Source: Ylistrum balloti (lineage: Eukaryota). Taken from it: a stretch of DNA of 64,000 bases. Made by a program: the position numbers and the translations under genes. Numbering within the stretch: position 1 is the first letter of the stretch; each line of letters begins with the position of its first letter. The stretch lies in the NCBI RefSeq assembly GCF_031769215.1, contig NW_026782437.1:248001-312000 (forward strand), given 5' to 3'. The notes under the pieces were generated by a model. That model did not search any database. It worked only from the letters and a program-made list of their open reading frames with translations, and was not told the DNA's origin. Positions 11,479 to 22,900 of this stretch are shown piece after piece.

Positions 11479-12920
11479 GTGCTTGTAGATTATGAGAAAT
11501 TTCTCCATTTACAGAAAACATTTTATATGTAAAGACTAACTGCTAACCATTAATACTGGTAATTGTGATATATTTATTACCAAAATTTTAAATGGAAATG
11601 GCGATATGTCATTAACTCAGTAAATCATGTTTTTTTTTTTCTTTTTCGTTGCTTGAACAGTTTTTTATTAACTTTATTTAAAGAATAAAGAACACATTAA
11701 CTTTTTCCCCCACCATTGGTTATGATCTCTGAAAATAATTTATTGCCAAATAGAAGTGACATGATAATGGTTGCCCCACACACACACCCAAAAACCCACA
11801 CCCTCTGCAATTTTATAGCAATTACTGCCTTGTATAGTATCAGATACCTAAGTCATTCATGTGCAGCTATTTCTGGAGATAATATAGTACAAATGTATCT
11901 GAAATATGATTGAAATTATTTATAAAATCTAGTTGTATTTCATATTTGTGTAAACTTAGTTTGAAAAAACATCATATATAAAAGGTTCAATCGCAATTTT
12001 ATATGACCATAGCAATTACTGCCTTGTATAGTATCAGATACCTAAGTCATTCATGTGCAGCTATTTCTGGAGATAATATAGTACAAGAATATAGTATAAG
12101 AAATTGTTCCAATATGAAATCATTTAGCGAGTCCCTGACACAGAACAATAGTATCCAGTTAAAAGCAGTAAGGATTAATTAGCAACAGGTTACAAAAATG
12201 TTGGTTCAGATCTGTGTTGGGGCACTAGTTTAACAGAAAGTTTACATAGGAAGTATTGAAAAAAAGTTTTTGATCTGTTCAGAAACAAAAAAAATAGATT
12301 AAAAGATCATTACGGGAACATTGTGTGTTCAGTTGTATGAAGGAAGATAATTGACACCAATCTATATAAAAATGAAAACCAAGTTATTATTGTATAATAG
12401 GTACAAGCCTCATCTATCAATACACTTAATAGTATGAGTATATTAATGATAGAAGCCGGTACTAGTGGTTGTATCTTTTAAGAAATGTTTTGAAGGGAAG
12501 TAACTCGTGATAGAAGGGAAATAACTCATTATAAACATCTACACAATGTTTATAGCTGGTACATGTGACACAAAACATTATTATAATAAACATATATACA
12601 ATGTTTAAAATTAGTACATGTTACACAAAACATTATTCACACATACTGTCATGTTCTGATGGGAATGTTTTATTAATATGTCAAGTTGGTTCATCTTTTT
12701 TTATCAGAGTGGATGGTGACGTTTAACTGTCAGATTTGCCAACTGTCCATTAACATGTTTATTTATTTTGTATTCAGAGGGCATTGACAATTGAAAGATG
12801 ATATATTCTTACATCATAAAGTGTTATATCAAACATCATATGCAACATTGGCATTATTTCCCTACAGATAAACATTTCCTTGGTATATACATGGATAAAT
12901 ATATGTCATGTAGCATTCAT

Positions 12921-13290
12921 TTCTTTTGTTTCTGCCCCCAGATCGAAAGATCGAGGTCATATTGCTTTTTTTGCTGTTTGCTTGTCTGTTATCAAAATGT
13001 TAACCATGCAATAACTATTGCACTGTAAGATGTAGAACTTTTCATATTTGGCATGACCTTGACCTTGACAGATCACCTACATTTCTGGTAGTACCAAAAT
13101 CTTTTAATTGATTGTGACGTTTGACCTACATTTGAAAAAATTTAACATTGGCCAACTATTGCACCATAAGAGGTAGGGCTTTTATATTTTGCGTGTGTGT
13201 TCCTTGTGACAAGACCTTTCCAATAACACCAAAAGTTTTGACCACATGACCTTGAACGTGACCGTGACTTTTGACCTACATTTGAAAGTT
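12921..13290 (+). mobile_element. Degenerate HINE/Helentron-like element fragment
   Basis: T-rich start, gatc-gaaa-gatc hairpin, gtctgt tract, repeated tgaccttgacc and tttgacctacatttgaaa motifs. Confidence 0.55.
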
Positions 13291-16200
13291 TACAAAAATC
13301 CTTACCACAATGAAAACATAAGTGTTTCACAAAGTGTGCATTCGATTAGCACATGCCTTACACAGTACAGTTTCAATGTCCTACTTCAGAATTTTATTGC
13401 AATTGGGGGCATAATGTTTCATAAACATATCCAGTTTATATATGAAACTACATGTATGTGTGCTTGTATTATTTTGCTGTATGGTTACTTATAAATGACT
13501 TTTAAACTTTTACTTTAAGAATTTTCCCATAAAGGATTGAAATTAATCTTTTTATGAAGGGGATATTGGGCAAACTGCTTCATGTTAAAAGATTTGACGA
13601 AGACAGAATGTCTCTTGAGCAGGTTTGATGGTATTATATTTGAGTGCTATCTATGTAATTTTTTTTAACAATTTATTAACATTATTATACCTATATAGTT
13701 AATCAGCAGTTATATGTATACACAGTTGCATTTTACCTGGTTTTGCTTGATCGATAAGAGTTCTTTCCCTTGACTATTTGTACAAGATTTTGTTGTTTTG
13801 TGTTATAAATACAAAGATGCTTCTGGTTAGGTCAGCAGAATCTACAGGTGAAATCCCATAAAATGGAATTTTTACAAAATAATACATTTGTACATTGTTA
13901 TAAGCTGTTTCTATTTAAAGACACATTTTTATAGATTAATAATCATTCTGATGATAATGTTAACATCTTTATAACAAACTTTTTACAAGTCTAAAAGTTT
14001 GTCTTAATAAGGTGATTTGCAAGTGCTTGTTAGAATCTTGTCACTGACTAAAGATATTGTGTAAGTGTCCCACCTTGTTAAAGTGATTAGTTACAGTGAT
14101 TTGTTGAGTGTTATTTTACAGTTTGTTTTACTAAAGACAATTTTTTTCAATATGATGAATTTTTATACCCTGACATGATGGAGGTATATAGTGTTTACCT
14201 TAGTCATCATTACCATTAGATCGTAATTTTGTTTCTGTTTGTTAACAGAAACAGATACAGAACAGTAATTTTGTATGTAGTTGTATGATAGTGATATTCT
14301 GATATTAAGATTTGGTCAATGCATTTTTTTTCCAGAGTTATGGACAATTAAAAAAAAAAAAAAAATCACCAAAATGGCAGGAACGCTATTACCTTGTCTG
14401 TACTCAAGGAGGAATTAAGAAAAAATCTGCATTTCATTTAATTTTAGACAACATAGATTCTCCAGGCAGCACTGTTTGTAATTCTAATTTATAAGTAACA
14501 TCTTAGTGAAGCCAATAACAACAAAACAAAAAGTTTCAAACTTTTCCTTGGTTGCCGGCGAGTCATTTGTGTCATCATTTTGTTTTTATGGAACCAGTTA
14601 CATGCATTTGTTTATAGTGTTTACCAAGTTTGTGTTACTGATATACAAGTTTATCAACAATTACTGCGAGACATCCTACTGCCAATACCCACTGCCCCTT
14701 CCCCTTTCCTGTCTGTGTCTAGTGAAATTTAGACATTATCAAGGGGTAGAAATATCACACAGCAGACAACAAAAGGATGAAGGAATTGAAAAAAAAATCA
14801 GATAATCAAATAGGAAGGTAGAAGGCAAGGGGGAAAAGAGACGAGAGGCATTTTTTTCAAGTTTTTTGATGGCATTGAACTAACATCACAGGGTATATTA
14901 GATGCACCCTGTCTCCTGACTAAGAGTAAGAAGTAATGTGTTGGTCCCAGGTCTAGTTATATCTGATCTATCAACTGTTACTGTAAAGTTACTCAAGAAA
15001 ATTTAACAGGACTTTTACTAAATTTTTTTTATATTGTGTGATTTTTTGTAAGATAATTTGTTTGTTTTTCGTTTTTTTTTTTTAAATTTCACTCCAGTCT
15101 GTGTTTATGGTAACTGTATGCTTCATTAGCAATACTTACAATTAATGGGAGTATTTATGTTTCATTACTAAGGTAAGCAATACAGGTAACACAATGTGGC
15201 ATTTTGTTTTAATGTTGTAGATTTTTAGAGATTTGACGTGGAATTAAAATACAAATGAAATCCTTTAATGAATCATGGTATGTCTTAGGATTGATTGTTA
15301 AGCATGATGAAAAAAAATCAAATACTTCATATAGATGATTAATTATGAAGTGGCCATATACTATCCCGATGTCTAAATGTGAAACAAGTTGGTGTAGGTT
15401 TTCAGAATTGTTGTCTGTTGGTACATGTTTATAAGTGTTATGGTTTTTTAAAGAAGTGTTCAACTTTCATTTTGAAGAGTGCCATTTAGAACTTGCATAG
15501 TACACTTGACTCAAATGTCAAGGTTGAAGTAAGAGGTTAAAGGTGAAATATTGTACATGAATCTTGCCATCTCTACAAGAGCTGTGATTCCTTAACAGTC
15601 ACAATACTATTGTTATTGTTTTGGGGTTATCGCAATGGACTCTGGGAGAGGTGGTATACCTTGCTGTACGTTGATAATTTTATTCTTTTGCTTGTGTTTT
15701 GCACAGTATTTAGTATCAAAGTATCAAATTGTACTTGGAGTGCTGGGCACTTACATTAATGTTGATTGGGTTTTATAATAGATTTTATTATTGTTCAACT
15801 TTAAAATTGTGTTGTTTTCTTGTTGTTTTGTTCTGGTAATGACATAAAGTGATAACTTTACAAAGTTAAAGTCAGCAGTAATATCAGTCACAAAATTTAC
15901 ACAAACATACAGGTTGATAAAAATGTGAACTGTACAGAAACATACGGGCTTATTAAAAATGTGATTTCTAAATTGTACAAAAACATACTGGTTTATAAAA
16001 ATGTGATTTCTAAATTGTACAGAAACATACATACTTACTTATAAAAATGTAATTTCTGAACAATACCGAAACAAACAGACTCATAAAAATGTGTTAACTG
16101 AACTGAACACAAACCGTTGTATAAAAAGGTGATTTCTAACTGTACAGAAACAAACAGGCTTATAAAATTTCAGTTTATGAACTGTCATACATTTTGGTCC

Positions 16201-16517
16201 ATATCAGATGACACTAAAATATTACTAACATTTCCAACAAATTATGTGATCTTTCAGAAGTTCAAATTTGCATTCGAGAACTTGAAGAAGCCCACTGTTT
16301 GGGCGAAATCAATAGACATTCTATTAAAGAAGAATCAACGTATCCCAAGCTTGTTGCAACTGATTAACATTTGTAGTTTGTTCCTTTGTTCCAATCTCCA
16401 TGCATACCGATAAGTATCAAAGCAAGACCTAAAAGGAACCAGCTAGGCCCTCATTAAAATAATGGTGTTTGAATTAGCTCTATCCTATTTCGTGTATGTA
16501 CATTTAAGTACCTGAAA

Positions 16518-16781
16518 CACAAGGAACAAATGAATCGGTACAATGGATGGATGCTCCCCGAATAAAAGCTAGTTCCAAAAGGGCTAATTTTATAACAAAA
16601 GGCAATAACTCCTAGGTTATTCAAAATGGAATGATGGTTCGTGGGCAGTGCACTTCTCCTCGTCGAAATTAGTTTACCTATGAAGTTTCATTTTGATACC
16701 TCTTATAGTTTTTGCGGCATATGCCATACAAAATTATGAGTGATGCACAAACGGACGGACGAATGGACAAAGTTATGACTA
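16518..16781 (-). mobile_element. Degenerate HINE/Helentron-like element
   Basis: Minus strand reads ttgtccattcgtccgtccgt ... atgaaacttcatagg ... ggagttattgcctttt ... ggggagcat ... ccttgt, the same layout as the other copies. Confidence 0.55.
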
Positions 16782-18059
16782 TTTGATAAATATTAATGGT
16801 AAACAAGGGAAATCTACACACTATAAACATTTTTAAAGCAATCCTCAAAGAACTTTGAAGAAAAAAAATGGTCTGGCCTGCGACGAAAAGACATTATTAA
16901 AGTGAGACCATGATGTTAATACAATTTTAACCTTGAGCTGGCCTGTCAATGCATAATTCAAGTTTTATTAAAATTCGATCATTCTGTAACTTCCTGACAA
17001 AACAAAGAAGAAGAAACGGTACAATTATGTATAGTACGCTTTCCATAATTTAAAGGGAAGAAAAAAATAACTCGGTTATCCCCCACCCCCCACCCCCTAC
17101 CCTTCCCTTCCACTCCCATCCCCCAAAAAATGGAGAGAAAAAAAAATAAGCAAAATATATGCATGAATGTTATGAAATACATCAATTCCAAACACTTGGG
17201 TTAAGTGGAGAAATCATTTTGGTAGCATGTTATCTGAGAAGAGTTGATCTGAATTGACCAATGTATTTCTGTAGATAAATAGGGCTGTTTTGGTCAACAT
17301 TTTTCATGATTACGCATAAATGTTTACACTTTATCAATCTTTTAAGACACACATAAGAACCTTGTCACATTCAGTTGCATAGCAATTTAACTCATCTGCA
17401 AGGAACAAAACTTTTAATGGCCTTATTTGTTTGTTCGCATTAAGTAATATGGTTTGTAAGTGTTAACAATTTATAGTTTGAGAGTCTACCCGCCTGTTAG
17501 AACTGCAGACATAACCTCCTCAATAAAAAACAAGCTTAAAGGATCATTTGAGAAAATTGGCTCTTATAAAAGGTTACAAATGTCTAAATATATAAAAAGT
17601 TGTCCCAGATTGATTTTCATTGTGAAATAGCAAATAAGTTCAATCGGCCTACAAACTTAACTTGATTTAAAATAAAGCTTTGATGGCAAATAGTTAATAC
17701 CAGATCGAAATGAAACTTCATCTCACTTTTTTTTAATTGTTAAACTTCTATTCTTGTCACGACAGTAGGTACAAAATCATGAATCAAGACACTGTATTTC
17801 TCAAGAAGAAGTGGTATATATTTTGGCATATGATACTTACACAATCTTCAGTGTAAGTACAGACTTGTTGAAAATTGAGCTTAGATTTGTTCTTAGTAAA
17901 TATATGTGACTAAATTGGCTATGACAATCCCAAAATAAAGTTGATCAATACATCCTTGGTGCATCAGTTTCGGACTAATTTCCTTATGAACTATTTCACG
18001 TTAGCTACTCTTTGAAGTACATAGTGTCAAATTCAGTCTGTCCCTTGACAGCTGATGGA

Positions 18060-18150
18060 GCATGATTCTTTGGGTCGGCTCTTAGGAGCAAATGGGTTAT
18101 AACGCCAGAGACCTGGGTTCGATTCCTATAAGGGTTCTTAGCAGGAATTC
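18060..18150 (+). mobile_element. Degenerate tRNA-derived SINE head
   Basis: B-box-like gggttcgattcc preceded by a decayed A-box and anticodon region. Confidence 0.35.
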
Positions 18151-18229
18151 GAACGTCATTGCATATACATTTAAAACAATTTATTTACCGTATTCTTTTG
18201 CAACTACCTGTGTATATATATCAAATTAT

Positions 18230-18536
18230 GTTGCTGACACTTCCGATAAGGTAAATGTTTGTGTTTTCGTTGAAAAAATATCACAACAAAAAGCAAAAAT
18301 AAACAAATAATATATTTCATCAGGGAAGTCCCTGATTTTATATAATATATTAGCATCGCCATTAGAAAGTGTTTATCCCTTAGAAGGCCTCAACTGCTAG
18401 TTTATTCGAAACTGCGGCTGAACGTACCGAGTAGATTAGCTTTACATAAAAAATGGAAGACGCATGGTAGAATGCGGGAAATCCATGTGAACTTTGTTTT
18501 GATTTTATGTTTTAGCGATTTCTCAAAAAAGTAAGT
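18230..18536 (+). promoter_or_regulatory. Putative DCAF1 promoter and non-coding first exon ending at donor 18531
   Basis: Local CpG enrichment, ETS-like cacttccgat near 18238, donor aaaa|gtaagt at 18531; the ATG exon has an acceptor tttcag| at 19791, which requires an upstream exon. Confidence 0.4.
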
Positions 18537-19814
18537 ATGTTTTGAGTTGATAAATGTAGTAGCACGTAAATAACTCATTATATAGTCTAGTTATATACAC
18601 ATAAAAAGTTGTCGATAAGACGGATTTCACCACGGACTGAAATGTTATCAAACAGTCAATTTTAAGAAAATGAAAACATCAGCTGTTTAAAGGTATGGTG
18701 TGATGCTGACAGTTCAAGGCATTATATTTGTTGTATGTGAAATAGGTGGCCATCGAAAGGCTCATTGTTCGTGAAATATTCATGCTCTGGAACATCTTAA
18801 TTTATCGACAGATTTTACCGTATAAAATCTACAGAATCTTCACCTTCTATTTTGCACTCATCAGCACTGTCACTGATATGACAACTGAAGCACATAGCCA
18901 TTGAGTCGGTTTATCAGCAACGAATACGGTTGTTCATGTTTGAGTATATGTTTTAAAAATTATTTTCCAAGGCTGTAAATATAACTTTTGACAAAACTAT
19001 TGCCGTTATTTGTCCAGTTTAAATTCATATATCCAGAACAGGATATACCAGCAAGTGCACAGTGTAATTAAATGGAAAGAATGTGTGCAAGTAGGGAAAA
19101 ACGATATAATTATTTTTAAAGAAATTGGAAAGATATTGAAAAATGAAGTATCTTTTATCAAATATAGTGATAGAAATTCTATTCTTGATTGCTTAATTCA
19201 TTTCATTCACTGGAAAATAAGAAGAAAGCTAACAAAATTGTTTATACTCTTTTTAGAATTTTTTTCTCTCTAGATGTGGAGAGCTTTTAAGTATGCAGTA
19301 TTATTACATATGACTCACACAAATGTGACATACTCTGTTCCTATGATCCATGCACGTACATTTGGTCAGATTTCACTGGAGCCATTCTCATTTTCTCCTT
19401 ATTGCAAAATGTGCTGTTGACCCAAATCAAAAAGATGAAATAAAATAGTGAAGAATTGAAAGTATTCATAGAATTACTGGTATATACATGCAAAAATACA
19501 CAGACAAACAAACTACTTAAGCAGATATAATGTATTTACACAGCTTCAAATGTTAAAAAACTGATTATGAGGTCAGACTGTCAGTTTGAACAGCACATTG
19601 TACACATATCAACATAATTCATTGAGAATAAGGTTTACAGTAATGTTAAAAGTTGTCATACAGATGTTGCTGATTATTGTGGCGAGTAGCACATGGTGAT
19701 TTCTGATTGGATATCCCAGTTCCATTGCGATAGGGATTTATGGTCAGATCCAAATATATTTCTTGAGATAAAATCACATTTCTACTTTCAGGAAATATTA
19801 TTAGTTGAAACAAA

Positions 19815-19912
19815 ATGGCAGCACTCGACTCAATGGCAGAACTCACAGGTTTATTGGAACAATGGGGAAGGGAACAGGCAACAGCCACTTGTCCAATCCA
19901 CATCCTTACAAG
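19815..19912 (+). CDS. DCAF1: DCAF1 coding exon 1
   Basis: caaaATGG; [33 protein letters not shown]; AG|gtaac. Confidence 0.9.
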
Positions 19913-22900
19913 GTAACTTTAGTCAAATGATGAAATTTGATATGAAGTAGCCTGTGCAGTCCTATAAGTGTCAATATGATGAAAAATAATTAAATAGAAC
20001 ATAAAGGATTTTTTTTGCATTATATTTGAAGTTTAACATTAAAGCGAAAAGAAGAACCAATTATTTTCTATTTTTGCCCTTTTTGTAATAAAGGTGTTTT
20101 GTCTGTCAGACCATTACACAAATGAGTATAATATAAGGTATGGTATAGCGAAATTAGGGTGGATATCTATAAATAGCCAGGGAACTAATATATATATGTT
20201 AGTAGCTCCACCATCTACAGTTCGTGATCGGCATTCTAAGGTTCGTCTACAATTTTAGTAGCCTGTGCAGTCCTATAAGTGTCTTATGGGATTATATGAA
20301 AAGAAATAACCTAATCTACCAGCCCCTGGTCAAGTCATCGAGATTAAGTAACCTTTGTCGAGTTGCGAATGTTCAATATCCCGATAAGGTAGCATACCTA
20401 ACCCATCAATGTTGTATAAATCATTTGATAGACATTTATACAAGACCTGTTGACATCCATCATTCTCTCCAAGAATGACCATCATTACAAACTCTGCTAG
20501 TGAACTAACCAACACCAACAATGTCCTTTAAAGTTTTAGTTACTGATCAGTTAAAATTGTTCTTCAAAAGTTGTTTTTGTTTACATATTGTTTCCCTTTC
20601 TGTTTATTTTCTATTGTAAAAAAGTTCAAGTGTTGTTATGTAAGACCAGAACATTTTTAGTAAAAAATATTTGATTTGTAGGATTGCAAAATCATCATTA
20701 TATAAATTAATGTTAAAGGATGGTAACCGTCCATGTCCTTATATCAACATTATATAGGGAGTAGGTGGTCAAGTTAGGCTATTAGATGGTTTTTTTCATT
20801 TCTGGTTTATTATATTATTTGCAGCTTCATTCTGGCCTCTTTTAATAATTCTATTTACACTTTTTCAGAATTTCTGAATTGATGGAGAAAGAGACAGAAT
20901 CTTACTATAAGATGGACCCAGATCCTTTTGACGACCGACATCCAGGTAAACTACTCGTTATCAATATAGATTCATTTGGTATTATTTTTGCACTGATACA
21001 TTTATATTGACAGATTATTTACTATTTATTATCCCCTGAAAAGCACCTTTGAAGGAGTTTGGATATTGAATTTGGCTCCATCTGTGTGTCTTTTTGAGGG
21101 ACATTTCTGGACTGAACAAAACTATGTATGCAAACCTTGATATGATCGTATATTGTTTTACAGGGCGAGCTAACCCTACATGTGCTCTGGGACACCTGAT
21201 GAAAGCCTTGTTTAAAAATGACGACTTCATGAATAAGGTATTCATCATAAACATCAAAAAGTATCATAAGTATTAATGTTGCCAAAAAAATGTCAGCAAA
21301 CAAAATATGTTATGCAATGGATATGATAATGTTTATCAAGAAGTAATGAACTCTTCCATTGACTAGAAAATAGACTCTTCCCCCTAAGAGCTAATGGACT
21401 CTTCCCTTCACAAAAAATAATGAATTGTGTTATCCCAAAAGGAAATGATATCAGAACAGTTCACTAAAATTTGATAAAACATTACTTGTATGAATAAATA
21501 AGTTTGTTTGATGTCCCTTCAGCTTGTCAGTCAGCACCTCATGGGCAGTCGTGACCACCAGTATGACCTTCAGGCCGCAGCCTGTCGTCTTCTCCTGGCT
21601 TTACTTCCAGGACTTGAGCCTTCTATTGTGTTCCAGGAAACGGTAAGTCTTCAGAGTCTAATTTCAGGACTGAAGCCTCATATTCAGGGTCTACTCCCAG
21701 AACTTGAGCTTTCTATCGTATTCAAGGAAGTGGTAAGTATTCAAGGTCTTATTCCAGGACTGGAGCCTTTTATCATGTTCAGAGTCTCCTCTCAGGATTC
21801 AAGCTTTCTATCATATTCCAGGAAATGGTAAGTCTTCAAGGTCTAATTCCAGGACTGGAGCCTTTTATCATGTTCAGGGTCTACTGTTAGGATTCAAGCT
21901 TTCTGTTGTATTCCAGGAAATGGTAAGTCTTCAGGGTTTACTCCAAATACCCATCATAAGGACTTGAACAGTAAATCGTTTTGATCAGACTTAAAGAATT
22001 TTAATTCAAATTTTCACAAAAATGGTATTAAGGCTAAAATTTCTGAGCCTTTACCTATCTCCAGCAGGAGTATTTAAACACCTCTTTACAAAGTCAATAA
22101 CACTTATAAAGTTCCAGACTTCTCCTTGTAATGAAGATATTGGAAGCTTTTGTTGGGTTTTTTACTTATAAGTTTATCAAAACCAGCTTTGACTTTTTGT
22201 TGTTATCACTTCAGTTGTATAGATATATAGAGGTTTTTGAAATAGATGCAACTGTATAGTGTTTTTGTACTTGCTGTGATAAGTGGTGGTGTAACAAAAA
22301 TTATGAAGTATAATCCTAAATGTATTTTGTAAATGTATCGAGAAGTATTTCACGAAATAGCATTTTCCTTCACATGCAGTAAATTAACATTTTCTTTGTA
22401 CGATATATTATCTTGCTGAATGTAAAGTCATAAAAACTACATTGTTTATTTAGATAATATGTGATATGTGAATATCATTTGACAAGAAAAAAACGAATTT
22501 AATGATCATTTATGCAGGAAGGTTTGGTGCGTCGACTTTTACATTGGGCGGAGACGAGTGATGACCCATTGCGTTCCTACGCTATTGGCGTGCTAGCAGG
22601 TGCCATGGAAATTCATGATGTAGCCGCAAACTTTAAAGATGTCAACAGTGGTCATAAACTTGTGAGTTGTCTGCCTTAAGAGGTCCCTCCTGTGTCTTAC
22701 TATTTTTCAAAATATATTCTCTGAAATCCATTTCTCCTGAACGCTATTTGAATTTTTCGATGTGATCTCATCACCTCAACAGAAATATTGAGGCTCTCAC
22801 TATTGTCCGTTCCTTGCCTAATTCTCAGTATCAGTGTAAACAACAGAATTGAAATACAGTTTTGTATGCTACTAAACATGAAATTTATATAGAAAGTGTA

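Noticed and set aside
15209-15463. Minus-strand ORF faintly like a Penelope/RT upstream segment (LKNHNTYKHVPTD)
   Set aside because: Similarity too weak and no RT or endonuclease motifs nearby.
14600-18210. Possible minus-strand spliced transcript divergent from DCAF1 (acceptor-like sites near 17584, 16994, 16430 and 14720; donor-like near 18207)
   Set aside because: Every exon chain I tried gave short peptides with no recognisable homology; a lncRNA cannot be excluded without RNA-seq.
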